Positions 12,336 to 23,900 of a DNA stretch of 64,000 nucleotides are shown piece after piece. The DNA comes from Catajapyx aquilonaris (taxonomy: Eukaryota): assembly GCA_000934665.2 (NCBI GenBank), contig JYFJ02000747.1:1-64000 (forward strand), read 5' to 3'. The notes below the pieces were generated by a model that made no database searches, was not told where the DNA came from, and worked only from the letters and a program-made list of their open reading frames with translations. Each line of letters opens with the position of its first letter. Within the stretch, counting starts at the first letter, position 1. The position numbers and the translations under genes were made by a program.

Positions 12336-12544
12336 CACGAGCCCTCCACAACTATCAGGACGAAAAATGTATGGTGTCCATTACCAGCACCATGTTGAAT
12401 GAACTGTACATACCGGGGACGGACTGGTAGAGAATGTACTGAGCAGAGCGGCAATTACTGCAGGGAAATACACATCGCCTCACAGCTTGCTCACAGTGCG
12501 ACTCGCAGCGACTCACAGTCACAGCCTTAGCTCACAGCCTGGAC

Positions 12545-12833
12545 GGCGCCATCTTGGAACCAGGGTAGCCAACTCAAAGCGGTTGGCACTACCGGACAGG
12601 CGCCCTTTTCAGATGAGAGGCTTTTCAGAGGCAGGAAATCGATCTGCACTCATCCCATGACACGCTAATGGACACAGAGGACGAAGCCGCGAAATGCTAA
12701 AACACAAAGAACCGTGTCTCCTCGAGGGCTTCTGCCACTGATCGGGACGGATATAAGCAGTGATGAAGCACTAGGAAGGGCAAACATTTCAGGACTTGGC
12801 TGCTGAGTGGCAACCATGGTTCAAAATAGACGC
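12545..12833. mobile_element. Degenerate inverted-repeat element (MITE-like) upstream of Gemin7
   Basis: GGCGCCATCTTGGAACCAGGGTAGCCAACTCA pairs imperfectly with TGAGTGGCAACCATGGTTCAAAATAGACGCC; includes a YY1-like GCCATCTT motif. Confidence 0.45.
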
Positions 12834-14943
12834 CGATGCACAGTACAGCAGCATCAGATTGCATTCAAGTTGGTAGAATTAATCCGAAATGACGAGCATT
12901 CATTCCGCTCGTGGTTAATTATCGCATTGAAAAGTTGTGCAAAACAACGCACATTACTCACTTTTAAATACACCAAAATCCATACATAGTTTGGCCAAAA
13001 ACAAAGGCATGGTTTCCAAATGTAGTTTCCATGTACGCAACGATAATGCGTTGTGTAGAGCACTATGCGATGATCCCTCCGCTGCACAAAGGCGCCTTTG
13101 AAGCTGTCGTTACAAAGTCGGTAGAACATTCTGGCACAATAACGAATTATCTGTGTGCCGGTATTCAAACATAAACAAAAGAAAATTATTACGGTCCCTG
13201 CGGCGTAGTCGACGAAAAAGGAAAATTTTTGAAAATTCGTTGCATCAGCTAAACTTCAACCAAAATTGTCGAATACGGTGTACAGATGCAGTGGATCGAA
13301 ATTCCTAAATTAGCATGGATTTTGCAAGAGGATTAAGGTATGCGTGCAATTACCAATCAATGATGGTGTAATTAGATAGTGTGGAAACAACAGATTGTAC
13401 AAATGCTGAAAGCACATTTTATCCCAGCTCAATTTGTGATGATTGGGCACTTGACATGGACCTCCCTGCAACATCATATCGATATGGGTATAATCACTTC
13501 AGAGTGGCAAAAATTGCACTAACAGCATTGTATGAGTGGCATCAATATTATCACATCCACTTTATGAGGCATGTTACTCCCAAAAGCCAAATCTCTCATT
13601 GAATAGATGCAGTAAATTATCTAAAAGTAAATGTCCAATCTGGACTATTTGATACGCCAAAAATCGGCATTTTTCAGTGATAAACAACCAGAAGTTGAAC
13701 AGTTGGACAATGAGCATTTCAGTGATTTACGACGACCAATGACGTGCACAAAACTTACCTCATAAAACAAACAACAGACAACTTCTATATGAAAAGGAAA
13801 ACTTCCAGTGTCCGACAGACGGTCCCATCCTATTCAACCTGTATAAAAAGGGTTTCAGAGATGGCCTAATGATACTCTCATCTTTATCGTTTGATAGAAT
13901 TTGTCGCCTCATTGTTTTGCCTGCATTACCTATTAGCTATTACATCACCTTACCTTGCAATCAATATACACTCACTGTCAGTACAACTGTACAGTGTCTG
14001 TAATGAGGTAGGATCCTCATTGACAATCTACATTGCTAATGCTAGTTATCACTTACACTATATAGGTAGTTTCGATTCCAGACCAAGCAGTTAATCCAAT
14101 TTCCCCTGTGGACAAATGTCATTAGCAACTAAGCTTAATTTGCAGGAAAGTAATTGATTCAGTGCACTAAACAGATGAATCGTTTGTACCATTCTCCTGA
14201 ATTATCTGACATGTCTGTTGCCATTCCTTGCAGACCTAAATGCGGTGGGTTGTTGCTTATGTGGAGATTCATGCTCAAAATGTCATATGTGCAACCAGCT
14301 AACGCCCAGGGTGCGTGATAAAGCCCAATAAAAAAGTGCCGATGACACAAAGTGCGACAAACATGGGACAAAAATAAATATTGACAGCACCAAGGCCACA
14401 TCTCACACCTGGGGCGTTTCAGGGATTCATATTGTTCCATTTACCTGAAAAATATAACGGTCATAATAAATCAGCACAACCATTGGCAATGACACTGAAC
14501 AACCCACTTATTGAAAAACAATTGTATTCATGTCCACTTAAAAAAATAACTTAGCTTATATATATGTACAGACAGAAACCAAATAAATAGGACCCGATTG
14601 ACGCATTCGGTCAGACAAATGATAGCCACTTACAACATACATTGACCACAGTAATATAATTAAGTAGGATACTATAGTAACCTTTGGATTTTACGATACT
14701 ACAGTACTCAAAGTTGAGAAAATATCACACCATATCACACCCTCTAGTCTGGTCGCCAACAATGAAGCCCTAATCTACTAACATTACACAGTTTAAAATA
14801 AGTTACGCTTATAATGGACCTGAAACAATATCGCATCACAGAAAATATAACATTGTACTTGTACTCTCATACCGTACTTTTCACCTCCAGTAATACTGCA
14901 CTGAACTATTACGCACTGAGTTCAGCAATGTCATAATCCTGTT

Positions 14944-17900
14944 TCACACCCGGCTTCCCTCAGGAACTACAAAAGAAGGAAGGCCGCATTCTGGTTTCTG
15001 TTGGTCTTCGTGATTGGGAAGGTTCACAACCCATTCGGTTGAATCACGTGGTTTTCGTATGGATGAGGCGACTTCTCGTTGTGGGAGAAAACCACCAGAG
15101 AATGAGCTGGGGACCGGCGACCGCTGGAAAGGTACAAAAATGTCCTAATCAGTCAACACTATGGACATACTGATGGACACACAGAGGCATCGAAAAACAG
15201 AGGACAGATATGTGAAGAGCGGCTCCGGATGATGGCGATGAATGATGTGATGGAAGGTGATAATATGAGAGAAGAATGAGGCGGATGGTGGTGACAAACC
15301 TTATCCGGTTGTGGTTTGAGGAAGGGGGGCGATAGACGGAGGATCTGCTGCTATTGTTGGTGCTGCTGTTCGTTCGCATTGAAGCGTTGGTGGTATTGCT
15401 TCTACTTCGTACGGAAGACACTGAGTCCTCTGCATCCGTTACAACCGGTTTCAAGCAGCACAATATCGCGCGAAATACGGCTAGGAATCCCTACAAGAGC
15501 AACAAGACAAGTTGATGGCAATGGGAAAGGGATGGCGCCACCTGCACTGCGCCATCTACCGATAGTTTTAAACTAGTCTCCAGCTGAGGTGAAAATCCAA
15601 TTACATGCTGTATTGATGACATCCTGATTCATTTTAGCCAGCGCTTCTGGATGGGAGGTTCTATTCGCAACTTTATAAGAGTCTGAGGGTCAGATCCATC
15701 ATCCAGATGAGTCTGCATGGTCCTTCAAAGAATATTTAATTAACTAAATTACGCCAATTTTGATCAAACTTAGCTCCCAAGTCGTTTGGCTAAAGGAAGA
15801 GTGTGATGGATAACGTAACATTGTGCTCGGATCAGGAATACTGTACGAGAGGCCTTGACGGCTCCAGTTTATCATTGTTCTTCAGGCAAAACCAACTCCA
15901 GCATCATTAATATTGTTTACTCTACCACTTGCCGTCTTCACAAACTCGGGTAATCCGGGCTACAAGTCTCATCGCATTAAATATTAAACGTATCACTTTC
16001 GACATTTAAATGAAAAGTTACACGAAACGTTGCTTACAGTAACTGGAGTACTGGACAGACAGCGGATCCATGTTGACGTTAGAAAATAATAGTCACTTGC
16101 AATGAAGCCATTTCTTGCGACGAGTGGGCGAAGCACTATTGCTTACGGCAAAATGTCGGTGTTCGGAAAATACCCAGACCAATCAGGTGGAAGAATCGAG
16201 TTTCTCAAGGCAGACAGACAACATAGGGCTTCTCTGCTCGGTTCTAGTTGGTTCAAACCAGAATCAAATAAAATTGAAGCACATCCAAATACACGGTGGG
16301 TGGAATACCAAAGCATTATTATGGAATGCTGACCTTAATTGCATCGTGAAAACAACACTTTTGTTTGGTAGAAATTTTACAATTTTGCAATTCCTGTACC
16401 AAGTTTTGCTCTTTAAAAAATAATAATCAGGCGGTGGTATCGAATGGAAACTTACTGTTTAATGTAATATTCAAGAGTGGTGTGGGAAGAAGTTCCCTTG
16501 ACCCGAATCAAATATTTACAGTAAAAACGTGACAAATCTATGCTGTGTGAACTGAACAGTACATGTACAATAGTGTGGGGCTACATATTTTAATAATGCA
16601 ACATTTTAATATTTTGTTTAGTAAATTACATGCAGTCTAACTGCGGTAATTGTGAATCGTCTGGGCAAAAGGTCAAACATACATTATACTGTAGTTATGA
16701 AAAAGGCAACTCGTAATGATTCTAAAAATCAGCTAAGTGTTTTGTGTCCTAAGCCCCCTTATATAATTAGAATTAACTGAAAAAGATAAAACGCTTATGG
16801 AAACATGACATTACCTTCCTGAATCGGACGCTCATAGAGAAGTAGACCAGAGGGTTGATGCAAGAGTTGGTGAATGCGAGGAGGTTGATGCAGAGCATGG
16901 TGAAGAAAAATTGGTGATGGGACAGAAAGTTGTCCTTCTGAAGCACGGTCACCATTGACACCAAGAAGTATGGGCTCCAACAAAGGACAAACGCCATCAC
17001 GATCACCATCACCATCTTGGCCACCTAGTTTTAACGATTAAATTAATGATCACCAACGTGCATGGTATCAAATTATATAAAATATCAGCTAATTATCCCC
17101 CATGGGTTGTAACTACGACGGTTAACTGAAGTTTCTGCAAATGAGTCCCTTCCCGGATATCACAGTCAACCACTGGACTTCCTTAATTACACGAGCATGG
17201 GGAGTCTCCTGTAAACAAGGGCACCCAATTTGCTAACTATCTGGTATTTTCTTAAGAGACACATCGTCAGCCAAAATTCGGGCCAGGACGACGAGTCTCA
17301 GAGCCTTAATTACTGCTTCTCCCTATGTTCATTAAGCCACAAAAAATTTTAGCACACTAATTTCCATAAACGTTACATAAGCTGCACTGTCATGGTCACA
17401 CGTTTCATACTAAAAAACATGCCCCTAAAAATTATTCGCACACATCACATTTTTAAATTGACATTTTCCAGTCTACAAAATGCAACCTGTCAGACTTGCT
17501 TATGGCAACATAGGGTATTGACAGCTCGTGCAGCCCAGTGCAAAAAAATTTCAATATTGCATCCTGAAGTGTGTGCAGCAGCCCGCGAAAATGAATCCAG
17601 CTCACCTTTCTCCTGTTTTTCTCGGCCTGGAGAGTCTTCTGATCGGTCCTCTGCTGAGCAGGAATCTCCTTGACAAGGACTCTAGCGATGCAGAAGCAAG
17701 CTCCGCATATGAAGACTAACGGACATGCGTACATGAACACAAACAAGAAGACAAAGTAGCCTCGTCTGAAGTCATCCGAGAAGCTGCAAAGTATGGGAGA
17801 CATTAGACAATAAAATGTGTCCGAAATACGTGTCCTTACTTGTCAAAGCACATAAGTCGGGTGAAGGATCCGTAGTCCGAGTAGAGGAAGTCCTGATGGG

Positions 17901-20900
17901 CACTGGCAGGGTATAGGTTTGGGGCTGCCACAATGCAAGGGATCAACCAGATGACTAAGAGGACACGACGGATCCTCTTCGTGGTCAGTTTTATTCGCCA
18001 ACTCATTGGGTGAACCACCGCGTAATATCTGGAAAAAGTATCGTAAAAAGGATATATTTCAGCAAATATTTTAATGTCGTGCATTCACCCACGAGTATAC
18101 CAAACAAACAAAGCACATTATTATGAGATTCACGAGTCCTGGCCTGTTAGGCTCCACCCACCTCCTCCCAACGTCAGCGGCGGAAGAAATCAGGCCTGGA
18201 ATGCTATCGTGATTCTCGCGAGTAGGAGCCATTGGTGCGGGGTTCGGTCTCAACAAGGGATAGGTGGTTCGTCGTATTTCCAGGCCTGGTTGTGCCCCCC
18301 CCCNCTCTCCCCCATCCTCCTGGCAGGCGTGTGAGGCCATGGCGGACGCGGCAACCTCGCCTTCAGAGGGCGGAGGACGGGGGAGGAGCCTAACAGGCCA
18401 GGACTCGTGAATCGCATAATAGTTCGACGTGACAAAAGATCCTGGTTGCTAAACACACAATAAGCTGTATTCTCTTATGGCACGTTGCTGACAAGCTGGA
18501 ACAAAAGATGTTCTTCCGGATCGCTATATATATAATACCTGAGGGGTAGAAACCAAACAAAACAAGAGGAACGTCCGGGTCATCGCACTTACGAATACAA
18601 GGTGGGACAATCAGGATTGTTTATACAACAACAAAGGAATTACACCATACTCAGTTTGTTAGGTTCGTCAGGACAGGTACGAACCACCACCAATTGTTTC
18701 GGTCCTGTCTTCGTTACACGTAGGCTATACTGATTAACTCTTCACGACCGATTGTTCCTTCAGTGTCAGCCTTAAGATGTTCTTACATATGTCCACTAAG
18801 GCGTGGCACCATGACAGCCCCACGTGTCCAATTAAACCGAATCATCTACACGTGCTCCAAATCAATCCCAATGACAATAGGTTAGCCTATACCAAACCAG
18901 CACCTAGCATTAGTACATAAAAGTGGACTCCCACGCTGCAATTACCAAAGTGCTCTCAAAGCAATTATCTGTAATCCTCACAGTCGGAGCTAATATTTCA
19001 ACGCGATGGCAAATCCGCAAAGAAAACAAGAGCCCCGGAATTAATTTGTTAAGGGGTCGGGTCAACAACCAACTATAGCCACCGGATATACGGACCAGAA
19101 AGCCGACCTCCCACAAGCCTTTGTGGCTTCATGACACGGATAATGACAAAATCCGGGCCTACAAAGGCTAGTCCTAAGTACGACCACATGCTATATACTA
19201 TATCCAGCATGACACACCTGAAATATATTCACAAGTGCGACAGCGTCGTACAGTACAGTACAGGTGCGGTTTCTAGGGTATCAACCTTTGATCCCATATG
19301 CATACTTTGTTCACAAAGGAACAGCCAGAAGGTAATGGATTATGCAAAATAATACCGTACCTTTCTAAGGAGATCGTGACTAGAGTGAAGACGCTGGTGA
19401 AGACGAAGATGGTCTCGAAGTACCGGACGATGGTGCACAGGGTGTCTGTCATTATGTTCATGTCCGCTTCTGCAGTCAGCTCGAACAGCTGGAGAATAGG
19501 GATTCAGAATCTATTCAGTCAGTTGATGGAACTCTCAGAAACCACTGGCTTTTTATCAATGAACTCTGACACCGGCAGCCACAGGTTACACTAATGACAA
19601 TGCCACCCGCCAGCTCTACAGATTGCTTCTCAGGAGGTTACAAGCCTCAAATTGTGCCATTAAATATTGTGGCTTGTGTCTGACAATACTGCCAGTGTAA
19701 TGAAGCTCCAACTAATAATTGGGTGGTATATTTTGTCAAATTAAAACTGCACCATACGTACAGCATATAAAATCCAAATTCTGCACATTTTTTGAACCTA
19801 CTTGTCGTATCAGTATTGCGGAAAAGAATGCCTGTTACAACAGTGTCCCGCACTATATAAGGATCGATTGTGTCAGAAAGAGTGATGTGACAGGCGGAAA
19901 ACCTTGGCATCAAATCACATTCTAGTGTGCCTCCAGGAAAGGAGGACAACATAAATTTTTATCACGTAAATATCCCCCAAAGGATCTTCACAACCCTATC
20001 GGTTTTAAAATATTCCAAAAATTATTTTGTGCCAATTACATTTTACAGACTATTTTACGCACCTTGATAGGTAGCACAAACGCTCCGACCATGAAGTCGC
20101 ATATTCCCAGGTTGACTATGTAATAATTAACCGGCGAATGCATGCTCTGGTGCTGGTACACAGTGATACCAACCAACAGGTTGCCCACAACAGCCGCCAA
20201 AAATTCCACAGCATACACCGCAATGAAAACGAGTCTAACAGCTCGTATCTGAAATTAAGAGGACAGGTAATCAATCACTTAGAGACCACACAAAGGGATC
20301 AGAAAAAGATCAAAGTCGCCAAAAAAATATGACGTCACAGGATAAGAGAGTCGTAAATGCTATTTGTCGCTACATTTACAGTATGAAAAAAGTTCTATCT
20401 AATGGAACCAAGGAAGCAGGAATTTTATGGTAGACCCAGCACTTCCAACTTGTCCATTACATACTCCTAGCGGGTAGATTCTCTTGGGATACTGAAACAT
20501 TAACTGCCTGTCAGCGATATAGCTACAAGTCTAAAGGCCAGATGACTTGGCAGCATTTGGGGAAAACTGAGAAGAGCTGTGATTGGAGTGTTTCGGGCGC
20601 CAACTTCGTTATCGACCACTGAACGCGAGTGATAAAAAAGACGAGGTGCGAATTTTCCACGAGTGACGTAAGCAGGAAACAAAACAAATAGCTCGGAATG
20701 TTTGGAGATATTTGAGGAATGTTTAATAACCTTGCTTATGAATATGAGTGAATGTTTATCAGGAGCAGTCTATTGCACAGATTGTATGACCAGAAACTTG
20801 CGATAACATTACCTCCATATCCCTTAAGAGAAATGACGTCACAAAAGCTGCTCACTAGGCATGGTATGATTAATACTGACCTTCCCAAACTTTATGGCTT

Positions 20901-23900
20901 GAAAACTTACGGAATGCTTTTTTTCACTAAAAATGGCCGACGTTTATGGCGTGTCGCCAGATTCTCTAACATCCCAGTAGCGACGGTTTTACTATTTCAT
21001 TTTCCTCCATTTCCCCTTTAAAGACGACCGAATTGAGCTCAAAGGCTATTCAATATCTCAAAGCTTTCCCGTTAGTGGAGATTAAATGTGACTTGAATGT
21101 ACAAAATAACACGTTGGTGACGAGCATTTACGTTGACAGTATGCGATGTAACAAAGGACGGGTCAATGGCAGGCACTTCTATGAATTGCACTTTAAGTTC
21201 AATATTGGAGCTTCTATGCCAAAAAATGTATTTAAAGATTGTCCAGGCTTGTGATTAAAGTGATCAAAATTAGATCCATACCTGCGGTTATCTTACAGCA
21301 TTATAATGAAACCAATCTGAAACCTGCCAGAGAAGATGGCATCTGGGACAGCATCTGATTACATTACCGCAACCGAATCCACATCATCTTGACGTGCTTT
21401 ATTCGTCCGAAAATGCAAGGTCCATCTCAACTAATGCGGAAAAGCTTACCTTTCAATCCTATTTGCAGTTCTAACCTGTAGAGCTACAATATCGATCAAA
21501 ATCGTGCTTTCAACCACTCTTTCGTAACACCATTAAGCATCTCAGAAGCATGAGGTTTCACAGAATGGGAACAACGAGTGTAGGAATAACGTGACAATCT
21601 TGTCTCATTAAATAGAAACTAATCCTCAACAGTCACACGATTGTTAAATGAGATATCTACATGCGATCTAACGATGTTCATGTAGGCTACAGTGTTGGAC
21701 ATTAATCGCGTCGTACTGCTAGCGGCAAAGTGCAAAGTGCGAGCCGTGCAAGTAAGAAGAGGTAGGCCTTGAGTGACGTCACCCTCTGGGAGGCAATGGA
21801 GAAAAAGGCTTGTCCCAACCCAGTGACGTCACCTAAGGCCTACCATTTCTTACTCGCATGGCTCTATCACTTCAATTTGCACGTCTGCCGCATCGGAAAA
21901 TGTCGCTAGTAGTGTACCGATTACAGTAAACGTTCAGAAAAAAGTACGGTGTTTGTTCCTAAGCCCAAATTAAGTTAACAGCATGTTAAAATAATTTCCA
22001 ACACGTCGTGCCTAAGGGCTACAGATCTGTTGATCTCAGAACCTTCCAACAATTTATCAACAACGTTTTTTAGGTTGCTGCAGTGCTCCACTTCAGGGTT
22101 TTTACTATCGAAAACTGCAGCGATAAAAAGTCTCATGTAGCCATTCAATCACTCAAAACGATATCCATCAAAGTGATTTTTTTCCCTCCTCCATAAGATC
22201 CTTGATGCTGCTTTATTTCACATCCGTGACGCGAACTCAGAGCATAAAAAGCGAGGAGACACAAAGTTGAATATGATTATTAGCAGATAACAAAGTTCAA
22301 ACAATCTGTTAGATGAAAATTTCAATAAATTTTGTTGTAACGACCTTCAACATTCATAACACTACCTAACTATGGCAGTTACTTTAATATCTTGTTACCA
22401 GTCATAATAGAAGGTATTATATCGCATGACCTACAGGCACAAAGAAGTGGGTCGTTATTGGGTTACAAAACACGTTTGAAGCCTATCAAAACAATCATTT
22501 CATACTCCTAATCAAGGCTAGCTTCTAAGGCAACATCGCAAAGTAAAGAAACACTGGGAAACTTCCTAGATTTTTCTATATACTCTTACATAACGTTCTT
22601 TTTGACACAAGATATCCTTCAAAAGGTGCTCGGCTAATGAGGCAAAGGCTGGTTCAAACAGAAAAAAAAAAAGATCACTGTTGCAGGTAGGTTGTTATGG
22701 TTTTCATTATGAAAGATACAGGATGAGTGCAAAATATCTTATAGGTATGAGCTGGGCTTTAATCAACATTAGATTCAGGTCGTTTTCTGACGATTTCCAT
22801 TTCGTTCCAAAAAAAATCGATTTTGAGAAAAAAAGGTCGTCTGTGGCACATATTCAGCTTGGGAAAAATCCAATCACAGCACTGAACAAATTAATTTCCA
22901 TGTAACTGGATTCAAACGAAAGAGCACATAATCTCCGACAGATTTTTTCTTACATCCTTGATTCTAGGACTTCCAGGCTCCAAATCTTCCCTTCCATACC
23001 AGTAATACGGGCTTGATCAATAAAATGCCTCCCGGCTCTAAACAAGGATTATGATAACGATAAAAATATTTGTCCAGGGATTATTACATCACCTGCAGGC
23101 TTATGTCGTTCAATCCGGATCTAAGTCATAATTCAAGTTTTCAATTATACTGCGCCTTTTATGCTCTTGACTTCCTCACAAATCCTGGATCATCCTCATA
23201 TACTAATAGAGCGATGTTTTCTTCCTATTTCTGCCTAATAATGTGGCTCTATACCCGCAGTATTATACTCACTAATAGCCTACCTTCCAACAAAATTCCA
23301 ATTTAATCTGTACTTGATCATACTCGTTTCAAATTTAAGTACGTGGTTTCCAGACAAAATACCCACCCTTTAGCTGCTGGTAATGCTACTAATGAGACTT
23401 GGAAATAGTGTCATGATAGTATAATTATCTCCAGCTCACTTTACGTACACCCGCATCAAATTCTGAACTTGAGTACATTGCACTCAAAAATTTCCAATTC
23501 CCATCACTCGTGTTTAATTTGCCTGCTGCAATGAGACTCTCTCATGTGTAATCCAACCCTTTGAGTGATCTCCCTATAAAACATGGTGGGTCGAATAATG
23601 CTCGTAATTACTTCTTACTCTTTGATCCAAAATGCGATGCGTTCGAATAAGACATTTGGTTGATCAATATTCTGCGGATGTAGTACAGTACCTATTCAAA
23701 GAACCAAAGGGAAGACAACAAAAACGTTCCTTTGGAGGTCTTCCAAAAGCCCCGTTTTTCATGGAGGAACAGCAAAAACTTTGCGCACTAAGCTTTACAG
23801 CGAAAATATACAGTGGTTGTTTATATACTCGAGGGCTCGCGAGTGAAGAGAAAATTAGGCTGGGAATTGTGGTGGCTTCCCAGAAAGTGATTTAAATGCT

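Noticed and set aside
15828..15910. Box C/D snoRNA in GPCR A intron 6
   Set aside because: The C box is imperfect, there is no terminal stem, and the boxes are not kept in paralog B.
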